From: an uncultured bacterium
GTDB lineage: Bacteria; Krumholzibacteriota; Krumholzibacteriia; JACNKJ01
Assembly: GCA_963695095.1 (NCBI GenBank)
Contig: CAVOFT010000001.1
Location: 2,112,001-2,176,000 of the forward strand
DNA length: 64,000 bases
Direction of reading: 5' to 3'
This document shows, piece by piece, positions 1 to 10,017 of this stretch (position 1 is its first letter; the number at the start of each line of letters is the position of its first letter). The notes under the pieces were generated by a model. The model worked only from the letters and a program-made list of their open reading frames with translations, searched no databases and was not told where the DNA came from. Made by a program: the position numbers and the translations under genes.

Positions 1-1
1 C

Positions 2-598
2 GCCGCCGGTGGCCTCCATCATGTAGAGCGTGGCGCGGAAGCTGGCCTCGATGGTCCCCTCCTTGAGCCCGCCCTCGACGTTCTTGCGCGCGGCGGTGTC
101 GCCAATGCCCTTGAGCGTCAGCCCTTCCGTGCGGATGACGCGCGAGGCGTTGGCGACCAGGCCGATGAAGCGGCCCACGTCGTGATAGTCGCCGTGCACG
201 CGCATCTCGATGGGCCGCGTCTCGACGCCCTCGCCGGGCGTCGCCTGACCGGGCTGCAACAGGTCGATCTTGACGCCGACCGAGGTGGCCAGGCGCGCGA
301 TCTCGCGCAGGAACTCGGGCATCTCTTCGCTGCGCGGCAGGAGCGCTTCCAGGCGCTGCCAATCCTGCTGCATCTCGCTCATGCGGGCCTGCAGCAGCTC
401 CAGGCGCCCGGCGCGACTGCGCGCGATGCTGAGCTTGCGCTCCTGCTCGGCCAGCTCGGCGTCGAGGCGCGCGATCTGCCCCTTCTGCACCCGGTAGGTG
501 AAGGGCAAGAGCGTGCTGCCGAAGAAGACATAGCCCAGGAGCGCCGCGATCAAGATCGTGAAGGAGCGCCGCTGGACGACGGGATCCTGCAGGTTCAT
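2..598 (-). CDS. pilO: Type IV pilus inner-membrane protein PilO (3' end runs off window)
   Basis: Not in the ORF track; translated by hand from ATG at 598 (ATGA overlap with the pilN stop): MNLQDPVVQRRSFTILIAALLGYVFF, coiled coil, LLPRSEEMPEFLREI, PIEMRVHGDYHDVGRFI. Follows pilM-pilN. Confidence 0.9.
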   Translation of the reverse strand, partial: MNLQDPVVQRRSFTILIAALLGYVFFGSTLLPFTYRVQKGQIARLDAELAEQERKLSIARSRAGRLELLQARMSEMQQDWQRLEALLPRSEEMPEFLREIARLATSVGVKIDLLQPGQATPGEGVETRPIEMRVHGDYHDVGRFIGLVANASRVIRTEGLTLKGIGDTAARKNVEGGLKEGTIEASFRATLYMMEATGG

Positions 599-1203
599 GA
601 CTTCCGGCCCCCGGGGCTGGGCTCCGGCTCGAGGGCGGGCGGCGATCCGCCGGCGCCCCAGGCGGCCGAAACCGTGAAGAAGATCATCTGCCGGGTGCCG
701 AGCAGGCTGCGCTCGGCCTTGACGAGCTGCACACCGGCGAACTGACCGCTCATCTCCATCGCTTTCATCAGCTCGGAGACGGGCTGGAAGCTCTCGGCCA
801 CGCCCTCCAGGGTGCTGCGGTTGCCGCCTTGATTGCGGCCGAGCTGCTTGAGCCAGAGGCCGGTGGGCAGCACCATGTTCACGGAATTGAGCCACTCCAC
901 GTTCTCGAAGCGGTGGGCTTCGAGCTGACGCAGCACGTCCAGGCGCTCGGTCAGCAGCGCGCTCTGCACTTCGAGCTGCTCGATGGCCTTGGTCTGCCGC
1001 GCGAGCCGCTCCTCTTCCTCGTTCTGCTCGACGCGCTTGGCCTCCAGGCTCTTCAGCCGATGCGTCTGCTGGAGATAGGTGTAGCCGCCGGCGGCCAGGA
1101 TGAGGAAGGCCGCCACGAAGATAGCCAGGGACACCTTGTCCGGCAGGCGCAGGCTGCGCTGCCGGGGTCGATCCTCGCTCGGCAACAGGTTGATGCGAAT
1201 CAT
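595..1203 (-). CDS. pilN: Type IV pilus assembly protein PilN
   Basis: N-terminal MIRINLLP PilM-binding motif, one TM helix, coiled coil, LPTGLWL; lies between pilM and pilO. Confidence 0.93.
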   Translation of the reverse strand: MIRINLLPSEDRPRQRSLRLPDKVSLAIFVAAFLILAAGGYTYLQQTHRLKSLEAKRVEQNEEEERLARQTKAIEQLEVQSALLTERLDVLRQLEAHRFENVEWLNSVNMVLPTGLWLKQLGRNQGGNRSTLEGVAESFQPVSELMKAMEMSGQFAGVQLVKAERSLLGTRQMIFFTVSAAWGAGGSPPALEPEPSPGGRKS

Positions 1204-2258
1204 GCGCTCACCTCCCGCAGGCCCAGGCCGACGGCCACGCCGAGTAGCGCGGGCAGGCCGAGCTCGCGCATCTCGGTCTCCATCTCGGGATCGATGTCGA
1301 GCGCGGCCAGGGGATCGACGGTCTTGACCGGCAGGCGCAAGCGCTCTTCCAGCCGCTCCCGCAGGACGGGCAGGTTGCCGCCACCGCCCGAGAGGTAGAC
1401 GCCGCTGAGCTCCTCCACCTCACCCGCCGAGCGCAGGTAAGCCAGGCTGCGCTCCAGACCGACGGCGATCTCCTCGGCCAGACGGGCGATCGTCTCCTGG
1501 CCGGCTTCCTCGGGGTGGGTCTTCTCGACATTGTTCGTGCTGATCAGGCGCAGCGCTTCCTCGTAGGGAATCTCCAGGTCGCGCTGCAGGGCTTCGACGT
1601 ACTGCCCGCAGCCCACGCTGAAGTCCCGCGTGAAGAGCGGGAAGCCCTGGCGGACGATGCTGACGTTCGTCACTTCGGAGCCCACATTGACGAGCGTGGC
1701 CAGCGGCTCCTCGGCGCGCAGGCCCTCGTGCAGGTTCTGGATGGCGAAGGTGTCGACGTCGATCACCACCGGGTTCAGCCCGGCGTCGCGCAGCAGCGAC
1801 AGGTGCTCGTAGATCACCTCGCGCTTGGCGGCCACCAGCAGCACTTCCATCTTGCCGTCGCCCGCGTTGGGCTCGAGCACCTGGAAGTCGAGGCTGACGT
1901 CCTCGATTTCGAAAGGAATGTGGCTGGAGGCTTCCATCTCGATGAGGGCGCGCGCTTCCTCGCTGCTCATGCGGTCCATCAAGAGGCGCTTGACGATGAC
2001 CGAGCGGCTGGAGACCGCCGTCACCACCTTGCCCTTCTTGATGCCCCCGTTGGCGAAGGCCGTCTCGATCGCTTCCAGCAGCAGATCCCTGTCCATGATC
2101 TCGCCCTCGACGACCGCGTCGGGGGAGACATGGGAGCTGCCGTAGCGCAGAAGGCGCGGCCCGTTCTCGCCGCGCCCGATCTCGACTACCTTGACCAGCC
2201 GGCTGCCGATGTCGAGGGCGACCACATGATCGCTCTCCTTCTTGAAGGGCAGCTTCAT
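1200..2258 (-). CDS. pilM: Type IV pilus assembly protein PilM (FtsA/actin-like)
   Basis: VALDIGS, HIPFEIEDVSLDF, LLVAAK and LSGGG motifs. Start moved to ATG 2258, which follows a GGAGGTG RBS. Confidence 0.95.
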   Translation of the reverse strand: MKLPFKKESDHVVALDIGSRLVKVVEIGRGENGPRLLRYGSSHVSPDAVVEGEIMDRDLLLEAIETAFANGGIKKGKVVTAVSSRSVIVKRLLMDRMSSEEARALIEMEASSHIPFEIEDVSLDFQVLEPNAGDGKMEVLLVAAKREVIYEHLSLLRDAGLNPVVIDVDTFAIQNLHEGLRAEEPLATLVNVGSEVTNVSIVRQGFPLFTRDFSVGCGQYVEALQRDLEIPYEEALRLISTNNVEKTHPEEAGQETIARLAEEIAVGLERSLAYLRSAGEVEELSGVYLSGGGGNLPVLRERLEERLRLPVKTVDPLAALDIDPEMETEMRELGLPALLGVAVGLGLREVSA

Positions 2259-2328
2259 TTCACCTCCTGGGGAGCGGCGCGGCGGGCAATGCGCCAAACG
2301 CCTCGGACTCCGGGTGCTCGCTTACAAC

Positions 2329-2344
2329 TGCAAGGGACGTGCCA
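2329..2344 (-). promoter_or_regulatory. Sigma-54 promoter (-24/-12) upstream of pilM
   Basis: Minus strand TGGCACGTCCCTTGCA matches TGGCAC-N5-TTGCA, about 70 nt upstream of the pilM start. Confidence 0.85.
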
Positions 2345-2351
2345 TCATTCC

Positions 2352-3023
2352 TCATGAGGTCGAGGGAGGAGATGCCGTCAGGCGCTCCTGACTGGGCTCT
2401 AGCAGGATTGCTTCCAGACGGCGGACATTCTCGAGCGCGGCCTCGCGCACCTGCGGATGCTCCGCGGTGGCGGCGACTTGCAGCCACATCTCGCGGGCGA
2501 CGCTCGGATCGCCGCCCAGCTCGGTGATGCGCGCGGCGAAATGCCGCCAGGCGGGCGCGACGCCGGGGCAGCGGCCCGCCCGCTCGAAGGCCGCCCTGGC
2601 CTCCTGGTAGTTTTCCAGCCAGAGGTAGTGGAAGAAGCCCTGCTCGTAGGGATAGATCCAGGTGTCCGGATTGGCCCGCTCCGCCCAGGCCAGCCAGCGC
2701 AGGGCGCCCTCGGGATCCTCGAGATCCGTCGCCCGCACCACTGCCGCGAAGAGCGTCGCGCGGTGGAAGCTCGGATCCAGGCGCATCAGTCGCTCCACCC
2801 GCTGGTTGAAACCGGAGAGGTCGTGCTGCCCCAGTCGATAGCCGCCGAAGTACTGGAGCAGATCGAACCAGTAGTAGTCCGCGAGCAGAGCCTCGCTGCC
2901 CAGCATCACCGCCTCGAGCGGTCGCCGCAGCTCCTGCTGCCGGATCAGCGGCGCGGGCTGGCCGAGCTGGGCGAAGGCGAGCAGCAGCAGGCTCAGCGCG
3001 GCCATGGCGAGCGATCGGGCCAT
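2352..3023 (-). CDS. TPR-like membrane-anchored protein, positional analogue of myxobacterial PilG
   Basis: Real start is probably ATG 3023 (TGATG overlap with the permease stop). N-terminal hydrophobic anchor, LLADYYWFDLLQYFG, LDPSF and TPR-like helices; clustered with the ABC ATPase and permease after the pilins. Confidence 0.7.
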   Translation of the reverse strand: MARSLAMAALSLLLLAFAQLGQPAPLIRQQELRRPLEAVMLGSEALLADYYWFDLLQYFGGYRLGQHDLSGFNQRVERLMRLDPSFHRATLFAAVVRATDLEDPEGALRWLAWAERANPDTWIYPYEQGFFHYLWLENYQEARAAFERAGRCPGVAPAWRHFAARITELGGDPSVAREMWLQVAATAEHPQVREAALENVRRLEAILLEPSQERLTASPPSTS

Positions 3024-3790
3024 CAGCGGATCTCGCGCCGCGCGAAGATGGCCGCCGCGGCGCCGATGAGGGCCGTGAAGTAGAGGAGCGTGTAGCCGAG
3101 GGCGGCCAGCAGCGCGTCGGGCGCGGGGGGGCTGCCCCCCACCAGGCTGTTGCGCACGCGGTAGAGCTCCAGGTGCGGCAGCAGCCAGTGCGCCGCCAGG
3201 GCGAGCGCGCTGAGCAGGCCGCCGTCGGTGAGCGAAGCGAAGCGCAGGAGGTCGGCCGACAGATGGCCGGCGGCGAAGACGGCCAGGGCCAGGAACAGCG
3301 TCATCGCGAAGCCGGTGAAGGTCGAAAAGAGCAGCACCAGGCCGGCCAGCAAGCTCATCTCGAGGAACACGTAGAGCAGGCCCGCGGCGAGACCGGGCAG
3401 CGCGGCCACCCCCGTCGCCCAGCCGATGCCGAGATAGATCAGGGCGGCGGCGCCGATGACGAGGCCGAGCACGCCGAGCAGCCCGCTCAGGCGGCCGAGC
3501 AGATACTCCTGCCGCGACACGGGCCGCGTCAGCACGCCGAGCCAGATGCCGCGCTCGCGCTCGCGATGCAGGTTCCAGGCGCCCATCACCAGCGTGGCCA
3601 GCATGGCCGAGACGTGGATCCAGGCGAGGGCCGCGTCGTGGAAGGTCTTGTCGCGCGCGCCGAGGGTCAGCGGGGCCACGAGGGCGAGCACGCAGAGCAA
3701 GATGGCGCCCAGGCCGAGCAGGCTGTAGAGCAGGCGGTCGCGCAGGGCCTCGCGCAGGCCGGCGAGGGTCAGCACGGCGACGTTTCTCAT
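3023..3790 (-). CDS. ABC-2 type permease (myxobacterial PilI-like)
   Basis: About six TM segments and the ERERG..LTRPVSRQEYLLGR ABC-2 signature. Confidence 0.88.
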   Translation of the reverse strand: MRNVAVLTLAGLREALRDRLLYSLLGLGAILLCVLALVAPLTLGARDKTFHDAALAWIHVSAMLATLVMGAWNLHRERERGIWLGVLTRPVSRQEYLLGRLSGLLGVLGLVIGAAALIYLGIGWATGVAALPGLAAGLLYVFLEMSLLAGLVLLFSTFTGFAMTLFLALAVFAAGHLSADLLRFASLTDGGLLSALALAAHWLLPHLELYRVRNSLVGGSPPAPDALLAALGYTLLYFTALIGAAAAIFARREIR

Positions 3791-4752
3791 GCCGGCTCCT
3801 TTTCGCGGCGGGGCCGAGGCATGTCTGCGGGCTCCTCGGCAATGCTGGCCAGGATCTCCTCCGCCGGCAGCTCGCGTCGCTCGGCGAGCTCCAGGATGGG
3901 AATGCCCAGCGCCGTCCAGCGCTGCAGGAGCGTCTGGGCGCGCTCGAAGGGCAGGCCGCGGAAGGCCGCGGTCTCGCCCTCGCGCACGCCCTCGAGGTCG
4001 GGCGCGTCCAGGCGCGCTTCCTTGCTCTTCTCGAAGGGGATGCGGATGTCCATGGCCAGCGGCGCCGCGCCGGCGGGGCCGAGCGCGATCTCGCGGCCGA
4101 TGCGGCCGTCCTTGAGAACGCCCAGGCGATCGGCGATGGCTTCCAGCTCCGCAAGGATGTGGCTGGAGACGATCATGCCGGTGCCGGCGCGCTTCTGCTC
4201 GAGCAGGATGTCGATCACGCGCTGGCGCTGCAGCGGGTCGAGGGCCGTCAGCGGCTCATCCAGAATGAGCAGCTCGGGCCGCGAAAGCAGGGCCAGGGCC
4301 AGGGCCACGCGCTGCACCGTACCCCGCGAGAGCTGGCGCAGTTCGCGGTGGCCCACCGCGCTGAGATCGAACTGCGCCGCCAGCCAGTCGACGCGATTGC
4401 CGGCCGTCACGAGGCGCGAGGCGACGAGGGCGGCGTGGAAGCGCATCAGCTCGCGCACGGTGAGATTGGGCGGGAACTGGGGGTTCTCCGGGCAATAGCC
4501 CAGGCGCAGGTGCACGTCGCGGTCGCCCGGCCGCCCGCCCAGGATGCTGATGCTGCCGGCCTCGGCGCGGGCCAGCCCCGTGAGCAGGCGGAAGGTGGTG
4601 CTCTTGCCGGCGCCGTTCCGCCCCAGGAGGCCATAGACCTCGCCGCGGCCCACCGTCAGGCTCAGCCCGCGCAGCACGGACAGCCGCCTGCCCAGCCCGA
4701 GCCGGTAGCTCTTGGCGAGATCCTGGATGCTCAGCAGCGCGCCATCCGTCAT
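3787..4752 (-). CDS. ABC transporter ATP-binding protein (myxobacterial PilH-like)
   Basis: Walker A GRNGAGKST, LSRG signature, LLILDEP, SSH switch. Start set at ATG 4752 after a GGAGG RBS. Confidence 0.92.
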   Translation of the reverse strand: MTDGALLSIQDLAKSYRLGLGRRLSVLRGLSLTVGRGEVYGLLGRNGAGKSTTFRLLTGLARAEAGSISILGGRPGDRDVHLRLGYCPENPQFPPNLTVRELMRFHAALVASRLVTAGNRVDWLAAQFDLSAVGHRELRQLSRGTVQRVALALALLSRPELLILDEPLTALDPLQRQRVIDILLEQKRAGTGMIVSSHILAELEAIADRLGVLKDGRIGREIALGPAGAAPLAMDIRIPFEKSKEARLDAPDLEGVREGETAAFRGLPFERAQTLLQRWTALGIPILELAERRELPAEEILASIAEEPADMPRPRREKEPA

Positions 4753-4845
4753 CGCGCCTCCCCTGGCCAATAGCGGTCGATTGTTCCCCTGGGCAGGCAG
4801 AAAAGTGGCCGCTTCCGCGGCCACGGACCTGCCAGCCGAGCTTGT

Positions 4846-4861
4846 CGCACGGGTCGTTCCA
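4846..4861 (-). promoter_or_regulatory. Possible sigma-54 promoter for the ABC operon
   Basis: Minus strand TGGAACGACCCGTGCG has GG-N10-GC spacing but a weaker consensus match. Confidence 0.45.
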
Positions 4862-4902
4862 ATCTGACGGCACGGGAAAGAAGAGGGAGGGCCGGGGCGG
4901 AA

Positions 4903-5316
4903 TCAGCCGTTGCTGAGCGTCTGCAGGAGCGCCGCCGACGAGCCGTAGCAGTTGAGGCGGTAGCGCTGGGCGGCACCCACCGCGACCGGGTCCTGGTAGT
5001 CCACCATGCCCTCGGACGCTCCGGCGCCCACCGTGAGGCCGGCGCCGCCCGCAAAGGGATTGCTGACCAGGGCGCCGCCGGGCAGGTTGGCCTGGATGTC
5101 GGCCAGGGCCGTGGCCGCCGGCGGATAGCTGCCGAAGTTGGAGGCGGCGTAGGACTCGACGGCGAGCTGGCAACTGTGTCCGTTGCCCTTGACCGATGCC
5201 TCGCGAGCGCGGTCGCGCATCGTCGTGAAGTTCGGGGTGGCGACAGCCGCGAGGATACCGATGATCACGATGACGATCATCAACTCGATGAGCGTGAATC
5301 CGCGATTCGATGTCAT
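4903..5316 (-). CDS. pilA: Type IVa pilin, copy 2
   Basis: Prepilin site RG|FTLIELMIVIVIIGILAAVATPNF. Start is ATG 5316 or alternatively 5340. Paralog of the upstream pilin. Confidence 0.9.
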   Translation of the reverse strand: MTSNRGFTLIELMIVIVIIGILAAVATPNFTTMRDRAREASVKGNGHSCQLAVESYAASNFGSYPPAATALADIQANLPGGALVSNPFAGGAGLTVGAGASEGMVDYQDPVAVGAAQRYRLNCYGSSAALLQTLSNG

Positions 5317-5358
5317 CAGCCGGCGCACCCGCGACCTCATCAGGTAGAGAGAAGAGGC

Positions 5359-5384
5359 CGGCGGGGGCCCCCCGGCCCCCGCCG
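5359..5384 (-). terminator. GC-rich hairpin between the two pilin genes (terminator or mRNA stabiliser)
   Basis: Perfect 11 bp stem CGGCGGGGGCC/GGCCCCCGCCG with a 4 nt loop, followed on the minus strand by a pyrimidine tract CCTCTTCTCTCT rather than poly-U. Confidence 0.7.
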
Positions 5385-5398
5385 TCCACTGCAATCGA

Positions 5399-5815
5399 CT
5401 AGCCGTTGGACAGGCTCAGCACGAGCGCGGCGTTCTTGCCGTAGCAATCGAGCTGATACAGGTTCGGCACACCCGTGGTCGTGGGATCCGAGTAGTCCAC
5501 GGCCCCCTCGAGGGCGCCGCCGCCGGCGGTGAAGCCAGCATTGGCAGCCACGATGGGATTCGCGAATTCCACGCCGCCGGGCATCGCACCCTCAATGAGG
5601 GCCTCGGCGCCCGCGCCGTCCGGATAGATGCCATTGCCCTGAACAGCCAGATCCTCGACGGCGAGCTGCGCCGTGTGGCCGTTCGACTTCACGGCCGCCT
5701 CACGAGCGCGGTCCTGCATGGCAACAAAGTTCGGGATCGCGATGGCGGCCAGGATGCCGATGATCACGACCACGATCATGAGTTCGATCAGGGTGAAACC
5801 CTTGTTGGAAAACAT
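5399..5815 (-). CDS. pilA: Type IVa major pilin, copy 1
   Basis: KG|FTLIELMIVVVIIGILAAIAIPNF; strong AGGAGG RBS; directly downstream of pilR and a sigma-54 promoter. Confidence 0.95.
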   Translation of the reverse strand: MFSNKGFTLIELMIVVVIIGILAAIAIPNFVAMQDRAREAAVKSNGHTAQLAVEDLAVQGNGIYPDGAGAEALIEGAMPGGVEFANPIVAANAGFTAGGGALEGAVDYSDPTTTGVPNLYQLDCYGKNAALVLSLSNG

Positions 5816-5885
5816 CTGAGATAACCTCCTGTTGGTCCGCCGAATCGGGCGCCGGTGGCTCCTTGCTCGGTCCGGGCCCCTTCAA

Positions 5886-5901
5886 CGCAAGGGTGATGCC
5901 A
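5886..5901 (-). promoter_or_regulatory. Sigma-54 promoter of pilA
   Basis: Minus strand TGGCATCACCCTTGCG, the classic PilR/RpoN-dependent pilin promoter position. Confidence 0.88.
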
Positions 5902-6029
5902 AGGCCCCCTTGCAGATTGTGGAGCGACAAGCCCCAGCGTTGCCCGGACTTGCGGCTCCCGTTGCAATCTGCACGCGCGTCCCGTGGCCGCGTCTCCGTG
6001 CAGTTTGGGCCCCGCGGGGCCCGAGGGCT

Positions 6030-7415
<1,386 letters not shown>

Positions 7416-7439
7416 GAATCGGGGCTCCCTCTGCTGGTG

Positions 7440-8783
7440 CTACTCGACTGCCGTTTCGGTCGCCTGGACCACGCTCTCGGGCAGGTCCTCGTCGCTGCGG
7501 GATCGCGTGGGCATGCGCAACTGGAAGACGCTGCCCACGCCCGTCGTCTCCAGAAGCTCGAGCTGGCCGCCGTGCATCTCGACGATGCGATGCGCGATGG
7601 CCAGGCCGAGGCCGGTGCCGCCCGGCTTCGTCGTGAAGAAAGGCTCGAAGAGTCGCGCACGCGCCGCGGCCGGCACACCGGGGCCGTCGTCGGCGACCTC
7701 CATCACCAGCTCCTCGCCACTCGCGCCGTCCGCCGTCACCCCCGTGCGCAGCGTGATCGTCAGCGCGCCCGCCCAGGCCACGGCCTCGCAGCCGTTGGTG
7801 ATCAAGTTGATCGCGACCTGGCGCAGCATGCCGGGATCGGCCTCGACCATGGCCGGAGCGCCCTCGGCCTGCAGGGTCAGCTTGAGCCGCTCCTCGGCCT
7901 CGGTGCGCTGGCGGACCATGCGCAGCACTTCGCGCAGTAGCGCCGCCGGATCGAGCGGCTTGGGCTGCGGCCGCCGCTCGCGCGTGAAGTCGAGAAAGTC
8001 CGTGATCAGCAGGTTCAGCCGGTCGCTCTCTTTGAGAATCAGGTCCATCAGCACGCGGTGCTCGCCCGCCAGCGGCAGCTCGCCGGCGAGCAGCTCGACG
8101 CTGCCGGCGATGGAGGCCAGGGGATTCCTGATCTCGTGGGCGATCGAGGCGGCCAGGGCGCCCACCGCGGCCAGGCGCTCCTGCTGGCGCATGCGCCCCC
8201 GCAGCTTGCGCGCCTCGGTCAGGTCCTGGAAGACCGCCACGGCTCCCGCGCCGCGGCCGCCGGAGCCGGCCAGCCGGCTGGTCGAGATGCCCAGCGGCAG
8301 GACTCTGCCGTCGCTGCGCGTCACGTCCAGGCTGCCTCGCGTCACGGTTCTCCCGTCCAGGGCATCGCTGAGGAGCGCTGCCAGCCCGCGCTGGCCCGCG
8401 ATGGGCCAGCGGTCCACATGCTGTCCGATCATGCCTCCCCGGCCCATGCCGAGGATGCGCGTCGCCACTTCGTTCCAGCGGCAGACCGCCCCGTGCTCGT
8501 CCAGGCCGACGAGTCCGCTGGGGATGGCCGCAATGATGTCTTCGGCCGTCCGCGCGCTCTCCTGAAGCCTCCTTTCCGTGATCTCGCGCCGTCTCCGCTC
8601 ACCGCGGATGCCGGCCAGGGTCCAGCCGCCGGCGGCCCCCGCCGTCACGCCCAGACCGAGCAGGAGGGCCGGCGGCGCAGCCAGCAGCCCGGCCATCGCG
8701 AGGATGAAAGCGGCCGCGATCGCCAGCGCCGCCCGCCAGAGGGGATCCAAGCCGACGAATTCCAGATCCTCGCTCGGGCGCAC
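7440..8783 (-). CDS. pilS: PAS sensor histidine kinase, PilS-like
   Basis: TM helices, PAS domain, H-box AHEIRNPL, DDGPG, FFTTK and GTGLGL; lies between pilC and pilR. Confidence 0.85.
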   Translation of the reverse strand: MRPSEDLEFVGLDPLWRAALAIAAAFILAMAGLLAAPPALLLGLGVTAGAAGGWTLAGIRGERRRREITERRLQESARTAEDIIAAIPSGLVGLDEHGAVCRWNEVATRILGMGRGGMIGQHVDRWPIAGQRGLAALLSDALDGRTVTRGSLDVTRSDGRVLPLGISTSRLAGSGGRGAGAVAVFQDLTEARKLRGRMRQQERLAAVGALAASIAHEIRNPLASIAGSVELLAGELPLAGEHRVLMDLILKESDRLNLLITDFLDFTRERRPQPKPLDPAALLREVLRMVRQRTEAEERLKLTLQAEGAPAMVEADPGMLRQVAINLITNGCEAVAWAGALTITLRTGVTADGASGEELVMEVADDGPGVPAAARARLFEPFFTTKPGGTGLGLAIAHRIVEMHGGQLELLETTGVGSVFQLRMPTRSRSDEDLPESVVQATETAVE

Positions 8784-8793
8784 GCTGCCCCTC

Positions 8794-10002
8794 CTAGCCT
8801 CCGGAGACCACGCTGATCAGCTTGAACATCGGCAAGTACATGGCGATGAGCATGCCGCCGACGATGAGACCCATGATGACGATCATCACCGGCTCGATGA
8901 CGGCCGTCAGCGACTCGACGGCGCTGTCCACTTCGTCATCGTAGAAATCGGCCAGCTTGCCGAGCATCTCGTCGAGGCGGCCCGTCTCCTCGCCGACGCC
9001 CACCATCTGCGTCACCATCGGCGGGAAGACGCCCGAGGCGCGCATCGGCTCGGCCAGGGTGGAGCCGCCGGTCACCGACGCGCGGATCTGGCCGACCGCA
9101 TCGGCGATGACGCGGTTGCCGGCAGCGCGGGCCGTGACGTTGAGGCCGTCGAGCAGCGGCACGCCGCTGGAGAGCAGGGTGCCCAGCGTGCGCGCGAAGC
9201 GGCTGACCGAGCCCTTGCGCACGACCTGGCCGATCACCGGGAAGCGCAGCATGTAGCCGTCGATCCGGCGGGCGCCCTTGTTCGTGGCCTTGTAGCGCTT
9301 GAAGAAGATGCCGCCGACAACGCCGAGCGCAATCAGGAGCCAGCCATAGTGCTTGAGCAGATTGCTCGCCCCCATCACGATCTTGGTGGGCAAGGGCAGC
9401 TCGCCGCCGAAGTCGGCGAACATCGCCGCGAAGCGGGGGATCAGGAAGAGGAGCATGAAGGCGGTGGCGCCCATGCTGACGCTGAAGACCACCAGCGGGT
9501 AGGTCATCGCGCCCTTCACCTTGCGGATCAGGGCTTCCATCTTCTCGAGATGGGTGGCCAGGCGCTCCAGGATGGTGTCCAGGATGCCGCCGGCTTCACC
9601 GGCCTCCACCATGGAGGTGAACAGCTCGTTGAAGACGGCCGGGTGGTCGCGCAGCGCCTCGTTCAGCGTCGAGCCGCCCTCGATGCGCTGGGTGACCCGT
9701 CGGATGATCCCCCGCAACTCCGGGTGGTCCATCTGCTGGGTCAGCACCTCGAGGCACTGGATGAGCGGCAGGCCGGCGCTGATCATCGTCGCGAACTGGC
9801 GCGTGAAAAGCGCGAGGTCCTTGACCCGCACTTTCTTGCGCTTGGTGAAGAGGCCCGCCTTGGCCGCCTGCTCCTGGACCAGCGTGATGCGAATCTTCTG
9901 CTTGCGCAGATTCCTGAGGACGTCCGCCTTGCTGTCGGCCTCCACAACACCGGAGACCCGCTTGCCGCTCAGCGAGATGCCCTGCCAGACGAAGCTTGCC
10001 AT
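8794..10002 (-). CDS. pilC: Type IV pilus platform protein PilC
   Basis: Two T2SSF domains: FTRQFATMISAGLPL, AGEAGGIL, GEETGRLDEML. Confidence 0.95.
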   Translation of the reverse strand: MASFVWQGISLSGKRVSGVVEADSKADVLRNLRKQKIRITLVQEQAAKAGLFTKRKKVRVKDLALFTRQFATMISAGLPLIQCLEVLTQQMDHPELRGIIRRVTQRIEGGSTLNEALRDHPAVFNELFTSMVEAGEAGGILDTILERLATHLEKMEALIRKVKGAMTYPLVVFSVSMGATAFMLLFLIPRFAAMFADFGGELPLPTKIVMGASNLLKHYGWLLIALGVVGGIFFKRYKATNKGARRIDGYMLRFPVIGQVVRKGSVSRFARTLGTLLSSGVPLLDGLNVTARAAGNRVIADAVGQIRASVTGGSTLAEPMRASGVFPPMVTQMVGVGEETGRLDEMLGKLADFYDDEVDSAVESLTAVIEPVMIVIMGLIVGGMLIAMYLPMFKLISVVSGG

Positions 10003-10017
10003 GCGCGTTCCCTTCCG

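Noticed and set aside
4903..5815. Geobacter-type conductive (e-pilin) interpretation
   Set aside because: The pilins are full length with low aromatic density and lack the Tyr27-type pattern.
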